Source: Chloroflexota bacterium
Lineage (GTDB): Bacteria > Chloroflexota > UBA11872
DNA: 64,000 nt
Direction: 5' to 3'
Assembly (NCBI GenBank): GCA_965243625.1
Contig: CBDEVI010000002.1
Location: 2,339,475 to 2,403,474 of the forward strand
Shown piece by piece: positions 43,468 through 53,032 of this stretch. The stretch's first letter is position 1, and each line of letters begins with the position of its first letter. The notes beneath the pieces were generated by a model. The model saw only the letters and a list, made by a program, of their open reading frames with translations. It was not told where the DNA came from and did no database searches. The position numbers and the translations under genes were made by a program.

Positions 43468-44967
43468 CTACGCTGCCTGGCGCTCGCCGATCACCTGATC
43501 GAACGTCCGCACCGTCGCCGCCGCGGGCGGCGGCGTGAGCAGCGAAACCGCAACGGCCGCGATGAGCCCCAGCACGAACCCCGGGGTCGCCGGGTGAATG
43601 TCCATCACGCCGCCCGGGCCTCCGGAGGACGCCCACCAGATCGAGGACACGAGCGTGCCGGTCACAATCGCCGCGCCCGCGCCCCAGAGGTTGAAGCGGC
43701 GCCAGTACAGCGCCAGGATCGTCACCGGCCCGAAGGCGGCGCCCATGCCGCCCCAGGCATAGGTGACCAACTGCAACACCGACTCCTGGGCCACCAGCGC
43801 CAGCACCGCGGCCACGATGCCGATCACGACCAGCAGTCCGCGGCCAATCCACACGCGCGCGTAGGCCGCGCGGGAATAGGTGAGCCGTCGGAGCACCGGC
43901 ACGTCGTCCGCCGCGACCGCCGACGCCAGGAGCAACTGCGAGTCCGCCGTGCTCATGACCGCCGCGATCAACGTGGTCATCAGCAAACCGGTGATGACGG
44001 GATGGAAGAACGCCACCGCCACCACCAGGTAGATCCGCTCCGGGTCCGCCACGGCTTCGAGCAGGTCGAGCTCGGTGAGCGCGGGGAGCGCGATGACGCC
44101 CAGCACCACCGCCGTGGCGTACATCAGCGCGATCCAGATCGTGCCGATTCGCCGCCCCGCGGGAATGCTCGACTCGCCTTCGATCGCCATGAACCGTTGC
44201 AAGATTCGCTGCGAGCCAAAGAAGCCCAGGCCCCAGCCAACGGCCGACAGCAGCATGACCGGCGTGATTGGGTTGTTGTCGGGATCGGTCAGCGGATTCC
44301 AGAACCCCGGCGTGTCGGACCCCGCGCGCAGCAACGACTCGCCCGCGACGACGATCAGCGCCAGCGGCACGATCATGAAGCCGACCAGCATCAACACCGA
44401 CTGAAAGACGTCGGTACGCGAGACGGCCAGGAATCCGCCAATGAACGTGTAGGACGCCACGGCGATCAACGTAATCAGAATGCCGGGGGTGTATTCGACG
44501 CCAAATTCAGATTCCAGCAGCTTGGCGCCCGCGACCAATCCTGAGCTTACGTAGAAGATGACAAAGAGAATCGTCAGCAACGCGGCCAGGGTGCGCAGGA
44601 CTTGCGAGGTGTCGCCGAACCGTTTCTCAAGGAATTCGGGCAGCGTCAGCGCGTCGTCGGCCGCGATGGTGTAGCGGCGCAGCCGCTTCGCCACCACGGT
44701 CCAGCAAATCCAACTGCCGGCCACGAGGGCGACCACGGTCCACAGGTGGGTCACTCCGCCGGCAAAGGCCAGCGCCGGCAGCGCCAGGATCGTCCACGCG
44801 CTCGTCGTCGAGGAGCTGGCGCTCAGCGCCGTGGTGAAGCTGCTGAGTTTCCGGCCCCCGAGCACATAGTCCGACATCGCTCGCATGCGCCGGGCGCGAA
44901 ACACGGCGATGCCGATAAGCACCGCAAAATAGGCGATGAAGACCGCAAGTACCCAGGCGTCCAACAT
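43468..44967 (-). CDS. putP: sodium:solute symporter family transporter (proline symporter PutP-like)
   Basis: ORF 43468..44967(-), 499 aa. N-terminus FIAYFAVLIGIAVFRARRMRAMSDYVLGGRKL is typical of SSS/PutP. About 13 TM helices. Confidence 0.8.
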   Translation of the reverse strand: MLDAWVLAVFIAYFAVLIGIAVFRARRMRAMSDYVLGGRKLSSFTTALSASSSTTSAWTILALPALAFAGGVTHLWTVVALVAGSWICWTVVAKRLRRYTIAADDALTLPEFLEKRFGDTSQVLRTLAALLTILFVIFYVSSGLVAGAKLLESEFGVEYTPGILITLIAVASYTFIGGFLAVSRTDVFQSVLMLVGFMIVPLALIVVAGESLLRAGSDTPGFWNPLTDPDNNPITPVMLLSAVGWGLGFFGSQRILQRFMAIEGESSIPAGRRIGTIWIALMYATAVVLGVIALPALTELDLLEAVADPERIYLVVAVAFFHPVITGLLMTTLIAAVMSTADSQLLLASAVAADDVPVLRRLTYSRAAYARVWIGRGLLVVIGIVAAVLALVAQESVLQLVTYAWGGMGAAFGPVTILALYWRRFNLWGAGAAIVTGTLVSSIWWASSGGPGGVMDIHPATPGFVLGLIAAVAVSLLTPPPAAATVRTFDQVIGERQAA

Positions 44968-45214
44968 CTGTGCCGACTAATCCCCCGGCTTAGGGACCGC
45001 CCCCCGCGGGCCGATCAGACTAGCCAACGCCTATCCCGGCGGCAACAGCCCGGACAATGCTTCGCGAACCCCCGGGTGAGACTCCGCCCTCCCCACGTCC
45101 CGGCTGCCGCGCCCGCTCCAGACGGCACTCCACTCACGCCGAGCGCCCACGGCAGATGGTCCGCCGAGTCGGCGGCGGGCTATCCTCGCGCTCCCCGGCG
45201 CCGGCAATGCGGAC

Positions 45215-46066
45215 ATGATCGACTTCAATCGATCCTTCATCACCTGGACCATCGACTGGGCCGAGCCCGACCCCGTCTATGCCTTTCCGGGCGGGTTCGT
45301 CGGAGAGCCGGGCGAGGCCACCACCAGCCGCGTTCAGATCGACGCTTGCTTCGAGGTTGTCGATGAGGCGCGGGGCACGGCCGGCACGATCTATCTCACC
45401 GCACCCTGCCGCTCCGAGTTCATCATCGCCGACGACAACCTGTTCCAGGTGCCCAACGGCGAGTTCCGCGCCGCGGTCGGCGACGCGTTCACGGTCCCCC
45501 TCGCCACCGAGCCCAGCTGGCATGACGAAGGCACGCGGCGGGAGCCCCTCGGCGCACGCTTCGCGAAGGTCGCCATCGACGTGCGCACTTGTGACGCCGT
45601 GGCCCTGGCCTCGGACGACGCGGTCGTCGCGGCTTCGCTGGCGGGCGCGCGCCTCAACGCCCGATCCACCTACCGCGACGACGCGCGCGGCGTGACCGTC
45701 ACGGTCGAATACCCGATCAAGCTCATCAACCTGCACGCCGGCGGCGGACGCTATCAGGTCTGCACCGGCGCGGTGGCGCTACCCGATCTGACGACCTGGG
45801 ACGGGCATGGCGTCGACCGGGTCTTCGTAGCCCACGCGGCCTTCACCGCCGACGACCACGTCGAGTTCATCCTGCGTCGCGGCATCGACCTGGCCGAGCA
45901 CGAGCTCGACTGGGCGGCCGCCGTGCGCGGGCGCGATCGGTACGAGCGGCGCGTCCCGGGAGAGCCGATTGATCGGCCGCCACCCCGCGCCGCCGGCTAC
46001 TTCGAAACCTGGGAGCTGGCGGCGGTGAACACCATCTGGCAGGTCTCCGGCGAGTCGCGCCGATGA
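45215..46066 (+). CDS. conserved hypothetical protein, paralogue 1 of a tandem pair (283 aa)
   Basis: ORF 45215..46066(+). Begins MIDFNRSFITW...PGGFVGEPGEA. No family recognised. Confidence 0.75.
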   Translation: MIDFNRSFITWTIDWAEPDPVYAFPGGFVGEPGEATTSRVQIDACFEVVDEARGTAGTIYLTAPCRSEFIIADDNLFQVPNGEFRAAVGDAFTVPLATEPSWHDEGTRREPLGARFAKVAIDVRTCDAVALASDDAVVAASLAGARLNARSTYRDDARGVTVTVEYPIKLINLHAGGGRYQVCTGAVALPDLTTWDGHGVDRVFVAHAAFTADDHVEFILRRGIDLAEHELDWAAAVRGRDRYERRVPGEPIDRPPPRAAGYFETWELAAVNTIWQVSGESRR

Positions 46067-46914
46067 TCGACTTCGCGCGCTCGCACTTCACGTGGGACCA
46101 CGTGCCTCACCAGCCAGACCCGGAGTACAAGTATCCGGGCGGCTTCGTGGGCGAGCCGGGCGAGGCTTATCACGTGCGCATCGGCTACGACGCCGTCTGC
46201 ACGATCAGCGGCAATGACGACGCACCCCCGCTGGAGATCTTCCTGCTGCAGCCCTGCCTGGCCGAATACACCATCGCCGACCGCAACCTGTTCCAGGTCC
46301 CCAGCCAGGAGTTCCGCGTGGCGCTGAGCCGCACGCACGGCATCCCCATCGCCAGGCGCCCGTCAACCGAGCGCGAGCCGACCGCCGCCACGCCGCACGC
46401 CGGCCGCTACGCCGGCACGCACTTCACGACCCACGAGGTTCCGGACGCGCAGGGCACCCGAGACACGGACGAGGTCATGCGCGCGGTCCTGGCCGGCCGG
46501 CGCTTGAATGCCCGCACCACGCACTACGACAACGCCCTGGGGCTCACCATCACGCTGGAATACCCCATTCGCACGATCAACATCGAGCGCGCCAAAGGGC
46601 GGTTTCAGGTCGATACCGGGCCGATGGCGCTGCCCGATCTCGCGACGTGGGACGGGGCCACGGTGTCGCGGGTGTTCCTGGCCCACGCGGCCTTCAGCGC
46701 CTGGGACCGCGCCGAGTTCATCCTGCGGCGCGAGGTCGAGCCGTTGGCATCCGAGCACTGGTGGTGGGAGGTGCGGGGCCGCGACCGGCGCGCCCGGCGC
46801 GACCCGTCCCAGACGCCCACCGAGCCGCCGCTGCCGCGTCGGCCGCCGACGCTCTACAACGAGACGCTGGTCGTGACCGTCCGCAACGAGATCCTCATCG
46901 CGCCCGACCGATAA
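46063..46914 (+). CDS. conserved hypothetical protein, paralogue 2 of a tandem pair (283 aa)
   Basis: ORF 46063..46914(+). The ATGA overlaps the paralogue 1 stop. Shares MIDFxRSxxTW, PGGFVGEPGEA, NLFQVP, RLNARxT, TLEYPI, ALPDLxTWDG, AHAAF, EFILRR and VRGRDR blocks. Confidence 0.75.
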   Translation: MIDFARSHFTWDHVPHQPDPEYKYPGGFVGEPGEAYHVRIGYDAVCTISGNDDAPPLEIFLLQPCLAEYTIADRNLFQVPSQEFRVALSRTHGIPIARRPSTEREPTAATPHAGRYAGTHFTTHEVPDAQGTRDTDEVMRAVLAGRRLNARTTHYDNALGLTITLEYPIRTINIERAKGRFQVDTGPMALPDLATWDGATVSRVFLAHAAFSAWDRAEFILRREVEPLASEHWWWEVRGRDRRARRDPSQTPTEPPLPRRPPTLYNETLVVTVRNEILIAPDR

Positions 46915-46988
46915 ACGCCCCGTTCTCAAGCGTGCGCGGGCAGCCGGTCCGGTCCCCTCTCCCATGGGAGGCCTTTGCGTATCCCGTC

Positions 46989-47198
46989 GTCATTCCCGCG
47001 AAGAGCCTGCCCCGTACTTGATACGGGGCGGGAATCCACCCGTCATCGAATCTGGGGCGGAAAAGACGCGCTCGGTCGTCCCCAAGCCCGGTTGAGTTTG
47101 CAAGGGTTTCCATGGGGAGCGGGTTTGAGCCTGCCCCGTACCGCGATAGTGGGTGAGGGGGACGGCCAGTCCCACGCTGCCCGCAGCGCGGGCCACCG
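46989..47198. repeat. REP mosaic (families B, D and C)
   Basis: B at 46989-47039, D-like GGGGAGCGGGTTTGAGCCTGCCCCGTACC at 47114-47142, and C inverted at 47169-47198. Confidence 0.6.
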
Positions 47199-47248
47199 GA
47201 CCGAGCGCGGCGGGCCCTAGAGCGCGGCAGCCCGTTCGGCCCCCGCCG

Positions 47249-48064
47249 TCAGGCGTGCCGAATCCGCACCCGGCCCAGGTGTGACGACCCCTGGATGAGC
47301 AGGTTTACGAAACCCGCGTCCGGCTCCGGTTCGTCGCTTCCACTGACGCCGCGCCTGCGGTTGCCGACCGACCGCATCGGACCAATCCAGTTGCGGGGCA
47401 CGGGGCTGCCATGTTCCCCGGCCAGGCGCGCCTCGAGCACCAGGCGCGAAAGCGTGGTGTTCACGTTTTGGCCGATACGCCACCAGACCGGCACGACCAA
47501 GTCCAGCCGGCCCGCGACGCACGTCACGTCGAGAATCGCCGGCGGCCGCGTGATATCGACGTAGCGCAGATCGACCGTGACGTCGCACAGCCGGCAGGTG
47601 ATCTCGCCCCGCCGGACATCGCCCCTGGCGCGGAGCGTGCCCCCGGTGTAGCTCAGGTCCACGTGGCTGTCCTTCCACCCCCGCAAGCGCACCGTGCGGC
47701 GCGTGCGGATGGCCCCGGCTTGCCACAGGGCGCCGATGGCAACGATCGCGAAGGCCAGCCAAATGCCGAACTGCACGCCGCCGGTGAATTCGCCGAGATG
47801 GCTCACCTGCACCAGGACTCCGCCGCCGACCACAAGCCAAGGGAACGGACTGCCAAAACCGAGATCGTTCGCCCAGCTGAGACTAAAGAGGACCAACATC
47901 ATCGTCAGCAGGTCCCAGACATCGAAGACCCCGATCATGCGCAGGATGATCCAGAGAAAAAGGACCATCCCAAAGGCCGCTCGCATGAAGCGCGGCGAAT
48001 CCAGGAGCTGGCGCCAAAACGGCCTGGCCATCATGTAGCGCCGGTCGCGCATGTCGTCAGGCAT
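47249..48064 (-). CDS. membrane protein with LiaF-like (DUF2154-type) C-terminal beta domain
   Basis: ORF 47249..48340(-). Start set at Met 93 (MPDDMRDRRY). Four hydrophobic helices, then repetitive beta pattern VDLSYTGGTLRARGDV...CDVTVDLRYVDI...GRLDLVVP. Confidence 0.5.
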   Translation of the reverse strand: MPDDMRDRRYMMARPFWRQLLDSPRFMRAAFGMVLFLWIILRMIGVFDVWDLLTMMLVLFSLSWANDLGFGSPFPWLVVGGGVLVQVSHLGEFTGGVQFGIWLAFAIVAIGALWQAGAIRTRRTVRLRGWKDSHVDLSYTGGTLRARGDVRRGEITCRLCDVTVDLRYVDITRPPAILDVTCVAGRLDLVVPVWWRIGQNVNTTLSRLVLEARLAGEHGSPVPRNWIGPMRSVGNRRRGVSGSDEPEPDAGFVNLLIQGSSHLGRVRIRHA

Positions 48065-48529
48065 GGGATCGCCCACCGTGCGCGCGGCCAGTTCTGGAGA
48101 CGTACCGCGCCGAGCACGTCTCAAGGCTGCACTCATCCCGCGAAAATTGCCCGGTGTGGTGCATGCGACGCTCCTCGATTTGGAGCCTAGCAAAGGACCG
48201 GAAACAGACGATCGAGGCGGCCAAAGATTCGGGCCCGCGCGTAACTGGCCGCCCCCGCGGAATTCGATGGTCGCCAGGGATTGGCGTGCGGACCGCGCAG
48301 AAGCGCCGGAGACGAGAATCGTCATCGATTCCGCGCACATCCACGGTGAAATCGAACGTCACGAGTCTCACCAATGGACTGCTCCCTTGCCATAGGAGAA
48401 TAGTGCGATAAACACCGTTGGTCAAGGGAGTAATCCATTGATTCAATGTCTTATTCCATTAGACTAGGCCGCCCATTCGCGGGTCGTCGCCCGCAAAACG
48501 ACCACCAGACCAGTCTTGGCGCCCGGGCG

Positions 48530-49705
48530 TCACTCCCCGACGCCGCAGAACTCCATCGCCGCCAGGGCGTACAGCCCAGCGGTCCGGTGCAGGCGCTCGA
48601 CCGACACGCGCTCGTGGTCCGAGTGGGCCGTGGCGTACTCGGGACCGCAGCAGACCACCGGCAGCGACGCGTCGTTGGCGTAGATGTTGGCGTCGGTCAC
48701 CAGCGCCAGCCCAATCCGCGGCAGCGCGGCGCCGGTGGCGGTAGCGGACGCGGCCTCTAGCGCACGCACCAGCGCGTGGTCGCCGGGCGTCTCGAACGGC
48801 TCGTGCGGCGCATCCAGCGAAAACGTCGCCTCCAGTCCCGACCGCTGCTCGATGCGCCGGCAAATGCCCTGAAGCTCCGCCTCGATGTCCGCCGCCGTCA
48901 GCCCGTGCCGCCAACGTCGCGTGCCCCGGAGTGTGAGGGGCGTCGGCAGACGGTTCGGATAGTCACCGCCCGCGACCAGGCCAATGTCGACCCGCTGCCG
49001 GCCGCAGAGCGGATGCGGCGTCTCGCTTTCGAATCGCGCTTCCCATTCGGCAAACGCCTCCAGCATCGCGCCCGCCCAACGCGCCGGGTTGTCCGCGTAG
49101 GGCACGTGCAGCGTGTGCACGATGCCCCGCGCGCTGGTCAGCGTGATGCGGAACATCGCCGCGCCCAGCCCGGCCGTCCAGATGGCGTGCGGTCCCTCGG
49201 CGATGATTACCGCCGCCGCCGGGATTTCGCCCGCGCGGATGCGCTCCACCAGCCGCTTCGGCCCTTCCTTCTTGCCCACCGGCGTTTCGTGACCGACGAC
49301 CCCCGTCAGCCAGAGGTCCGAGCGCAACCGCACCCCGGCGCGCCGCAGCGCCGACGCCGCGTGCACCATCGCCACGAGCCCGCCCTTCATGTCCTCGCTA
49401 CCGCGGCCCACGACCCAGCCGTCCCGCAGTTCCGGTGGGTCGCTGTCGCCCCGCGGGATCGTGTCCACGTGGCCATTCAACAGCAGCGGACGCCCGGGCT
49501 CGGCTCCCGGAAGTCGCGCGTAGACGTTGGGTCGATCGGGAATGAAGCGGTCGACCTCGACCTCGAGCCCGGCCCGCTCGCACAGGGCGGCGAAGTGCTC
49601 GCCGCCCGGACCCTCGGCGCCCGTCTCGCTGGGCACCTGGACAAAGTCCAGCGTGTCCCGCGCAATGGCGTCGGCATCGAGCATATCCAGAACCCGTTGC
49701 TGCAT
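48530..49705 (-). CDS. M20 family metallopeptidase (ArgE/DapE/acetylornithine deacetylase-like)
   Basis: ORF 48530..49756(-). LLLNGHVDTIP, GRGSEDMKGG and HSDHERV motifs. Start set at Met 18. Confidence 0.85.
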   Translation of the reverse strand: MQQRVLDMLDADAIARDTLDFVQVPSETGAEGPGGEHFAALCERAGLEVEVDRFIPDRPNVYARLPGAEPGRPLLLNGHVDTIPRGDSDPPELRDGWVVGRGSEDMKGGLVAMVHAASALRRAGVRLRSDLWLTGVVGHETPVGKKEGPKRLVERIRAGEIPAAAVIIAEGPHAIWTAGLGAAMFRITLTSARGIVHTLHVPYADNPARWAGAMLEAFAEWEARFESETPHPLCGRQRVDIGLVAGGDYPNRLPTPLTLRGTRRWRHGLTAADIEAELQGICRRIEQRSGLEATFSLDAPHEPFETPGDHALVRALEAASATATGAALPRIGLALVTDANIYANDASLPVVCCGPEYATAHSDHERVSVERLHRTAGLYALAAMEFCGVGE

Positions 49706-49779
49706 CACGTGCGCACTCCGCCGGCGCGGGCCGCTCATACTAGACTCTGCGCACAAACCACACCGTCCGGGAACAGGCC

Positions 49780-50769
49780 ATGCTCAAAGCCGCCATGATC
49801 GGGGCCGGAGGGCGCGCGACGCGGGCGCACTATCCCGCGCTGGCCGACGCCGACGACGTCAGCCTCGAGGCCGTCTGCGACCTCGACCCGGAGCGGCTGG
49901 CGCACGCCGCGGACGCCTACGACATCCCCCGGCGCTACACCGACTACCGCCGCATGCTGGACGAAGTCGACTGCGACGTGGTCTACGCCATCATGCAGCC
50001 CTACCAGGTGTGCCAGGTGGCCGTGGACGCGCTGGACGCGGGCAAGCACGTCATGGTCGAGAAGCCGCCCGGCGCCAACTCGACGGAGGCGGCCCGCATC
50101 GCCGCGGCCGCCAAGCGCAACGACCGGCTGGTGTGTGTGGCGCTGCAGCGGCGCTGGACGCCGCTGATTCGCGCCGCCAAGCAGCGCATCGAGGCTCACG
50201 GTCCCATTCGCTTCGTCCTGGCGGGCATGCACAAGCACCCGTCGCATCAGCCGCCGGAGTCGCTGCGGATCAACGTGATGTACGACCGCGACATTCACAT
50301 GATCGATTTCATTCGCTGGGTGTGCGGCGGCGAGTGGGACGAGGCGCACGCCCGCGTCGACAACGCCTACACCGAGTGGACGAACGCCACGCAGTCCGTC
50401 ATCGCCTTCACATCGGGCGCGCTGGCGGTGCACACGGCCGTCGGCCACGCGGGCAGCCGCTTCTATCGAATCGAGCTGCACGGCAACGGCATCAGCGCCT
50501 ACCTGCGCCCGCCGTCCTACGGCGAGGTCTTCGCCGACGGCGGCGACACCCCCGAGATTCTCGACGCCGCCAGCCTCACCGGCGATCCGCAGGGGCAGCT
50601 GGACGACGGAGTGCCGGCGCTGCACCGCGACTTCCGCGATTGCATTCGCGAGGGCCGTGAGCCGCTCACCAGCATCCACGACGTCGTGCACAGCATGCGG
50701 CTGCTGGAGCAGGTCGCCCGGCTCGACGCCCACGGGCAGCCGCTGCCGGATGCGACGGGCGCGGGTTAG
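49780..50769 (+). CDS. Gfo/Idh/MocA family oxidoreductase
   Basis: ORF 49780..50769(+). MLKAAMIGAGGRA Rossmann start and VEKPPG motif. Confidence 0.85.
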   Translation: MLKAAMIGAGGRATRAHYPALADADDVSLEAVCDLDPERLAHAADAYDIPRRYTDYRRMLDEVDCDVVYAIMQPYQVCQVAVDALDAGKHVMVEKPPGANSTEAARIAAAAKRNDRLVCVALQRRWTPLIRAAKQRIEAHGPIRFVLAGMHKHPSHQPPESLRINVMYDRDIHMIDFIRWVCGGEWDEAHARVDNAYTEWTNATQSVIAFTSGALAVHTAVGHAGSRFYRIELHGNGISAYLRPPSYGEVFADGGDTPEILDAASLTGDPQGQLDDGVPALHRDFRDCIREGREPLTSIHDVVHSMRLLEQVARLDAHGQPLPDATGAG

Positions 50770-51971
50770 TCGGCCGTCTCGCCGCCCTCCAGAGCGTGTA
50801 AGTAGGGGCCGTAGCGAAACACGCGGTTGCGCCGGCTGTCGGTGATTTCCTCCAGCACCCCTATCCGGACCAGTCGGGCGATCAGGCGATTGGCGGCGGG
50901 ATAGTTGGTCCCCGTGATCGCCGGCACATCGGCAACGGTGAGGAACGGCCGCCGGTAAAGGTGGTTAAGCACGCGATGGCCGTCGCCGGCAGCCCGACCC
51001 AGACGATCCGTCACCAGGGCCCGATGCTCCTCCCGCAGGGTCAAGATACGGCGCACGGTCTCGGCGGCCTCACTGCTGACGGCAGCCACGCCGCGCAGGA
51101 AGAAGGCCAGCCAGCCTTCCCAATCGCCGCCATCGCGCACGGACTGCAGCCGGTCGTAGTATTCGCTGCGGTGCTGCCGGAAGAAGTGTGAGAGATAGAG
51201 CACCGGTTGTTTGAGAATGCCCCGCTGGCATAGCAGAAACGTGATGAGAAGCCGGCCGACGCGGCCATTCCCATCCAGAAACGGATGAATCGTTTCGAAT
51301 TGCGCGTGGATCAAGCCAATCTGGATGAGCACCGGCAACTCGCCGGGGCTGTGAACAAACGCTTCCAGCGCGCCTAGGGCGTTCGGCACCTCCCGATGCG
51401 GCGGCGGAATGAACATAGCCTCGTTGAGCGTGCACCCGGCGGGGCCGATCCAGTTCTGACCGCGGCGCAACTCGCCGGGCTGGAGCTGAGACCCGCGGAC
51501 GCCTTCGAGCAGCCGGGCATGGATCTCCCGGACCAAGCGGACGGAAATCGGCAGCGTCCGCAATCGATCCAGCCCGTGATTCATGGCCGTCACGTAGTTG
51601 ATGACCTCGTCGACGTCGCGTGGTCGATCCGGCGAGCGGATCCGAGCCTCCGCGGCCAGCACGTCTTGCAGGGAGCTTTGCGTGCCCTCGATTTGGCTGG
51701 AGAGCACGGCCTCCTTGCGCACGTACATGAATACGAAGAGATCCGAGTCGGGCAACGTCTGAATCGAGCCATCGAGGCGGCCGAGCGCCTGGTCGGCCTG
51801 GGAGAGCAAGGCCTGAAGCTCGCCTTCCATTTGCACCGGCGGCCGCGGCGGCAGGGGAGCGGGTAGAAATGCCCGGTAGCCCCGCGGCTGCGCAACATAT
51901 CTCCCGGCCCGCTGGCTCGCGGCTGCTTCCGCAGCGGCTGAGAGGTCGACTCGGGCGGCGGAGCTTTCCAT
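50766..51971 (-). CDS. Fic family protein with N-terminal Fic_N and C-terminal winged-helix
   Basis: ORF 50766..51971(-). HPFLDGNGRVGRLL Fic motif. Its 3' end overlaps the convergent oxidoreductase gene by 4 nt. Confidence 0.9.
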   Translation of the reverse strand: MESSAARVDLSAAAEAAASQRAGRYVAQPRGYRAFLPAPLPPRPPVQMEGELQALLSQADQALGRLDGSIQTLPDSDLFVFMYVRKEAVLSSQIEGTQSSLQDVLAAEARIRSPDRPRDVDEVINYVTAMNHGLDRLRTLPISVRLVREIHARLLEGVRGSQLQPGELRRGQNWIGPAGCTLNEAMFIPPPHREVPNALGALEAFVHSPGELPVLIQIGLIHAQFETIHPFLDGNGRVGRLLITFLLCQRGILKQPVLYLSHFFRQHRSEYYDRLQSVRDGGDWEGWLAFFLRGVAAVSSEAAETVRRILTLREEHRALVTDRLGRAAGDGHRVLNHLYRRPFLTVADVPAITGTNYPAANRLIARLVRIGVLEEITDSRRNRVFRYGPYLHALEGGETAD

Positions 51972-52235
51972 ATGTTCGGAACCGACAACACGGAACGATT
52001 AGCGTTTCCATGTTATCACTTCGGGAATATATGGGAGAAGTCTAGCTCCTTATTGTCACTAGCAGTATCTATACAGTCGCACCACCGGCCATAGTGTCAC
52101 CAGCCGACAGTATGGAACGAGTGCGGGCTCACCAAACTCCTTCCCGCCGACTCCAACTCGGGCACCGTCGCGGGCGGGGCGATATGCTAGCCGCAGGCTT
52201 GCGAGCTTCATCAAGCACGCAAAGGAGCGTGGCCG

Positions 52236-52886
52236 GTGCTGAGATTCGCCGAAGAGATCATGCTGCTCCTGCTCGACGACGAGGGCGGGGACTTCCTGCA
52301 CGTTTCCGACTGGTCGCTGCGCTGCGCCCTGGCCGGCGCGGTGCTCATGGACTTGGCATTGGAGAACCGCATCGACACCGACCTCAAGCAGCTCGTCCTC
52401 GTCGACGCCACGCCCGTCGGGGACGACCTGCTCGACCCGACGCTGGCCAGGATCGCCGCGGCCGACGAGACGCACGACGCCGCCCATTGGGTCCACCAGA
52501 CCGCGCGCCAATCCGACGAGATTCGCGACCGCGCGCTCGCCCGGCTCACCGAGCACGGCATCCTCGAGCGTCGGGATGAGAGCTTCCTGTGGGTGTTCAA
52601 GTCGCGGCGCTATCCGGCCGTGGACGGCAAGGCCGACCGCGAAGTCAAGCTCCGGATCATGGGGGTGCTCTTCAGCGACGAGATCCCCGACCCGCGCGAC
52701 ATCGTCATCGTCTGCCTCGCCGAGGCCTGCGGCATCTTTCAGGCGCTGCTGTCGGCGCGCGAGCTGGCGACCGCGTCGGCGCGCATCGAGCAGGTGCGCA
52801 AGCTGGACCTGATCGGCCAGGCCATCTCGCAGGCCGTGTGGGACATCGAGACGTCCCTGGCCATGGCCATGCACCCGCCCATGTAG
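52236..52886 (+). CDS. GPP34 (GOLPH3/VPS74-like) family protein
   Basis: ORF 52236..52886(+). FAEEIMLLLLDDEGGDF...LAGAVLMDLALENRI is typical of bacterial GPP34. Confidence 0.8.
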   Translation: MLRFAEEIMLLLLDDEGGDFLHVSDWSLRCALAGAVLMDLALENRIDTDLKQLVLVDATPVGDDLLDPTLARIAAADETHDAAHWVHQTARQSDEIRDRALARLTEHGILERRDESFLWVFKSRRYPAVDGKADREVKLRIMGVLFSDEIPDPRDIVIVCLAEACGIFQALLSARELATASARIEQVRKLDLIGQAISQAVWDIETSLAMAMHPPM

Positions 52887-53032
52887 CAGCCGCCTCCGGA
52901 CGCTGCGCCGTTGGCGAACCACGGAACAAGCCGAAACCCACGACGTACATGGCCCGATCCGTTCGCCCTGAGCTTGTCGAAGGGTTATCCGAACGGAATC
53001 GGGTCGGGCGGACGGCCTAGTCCAGACCCTGT

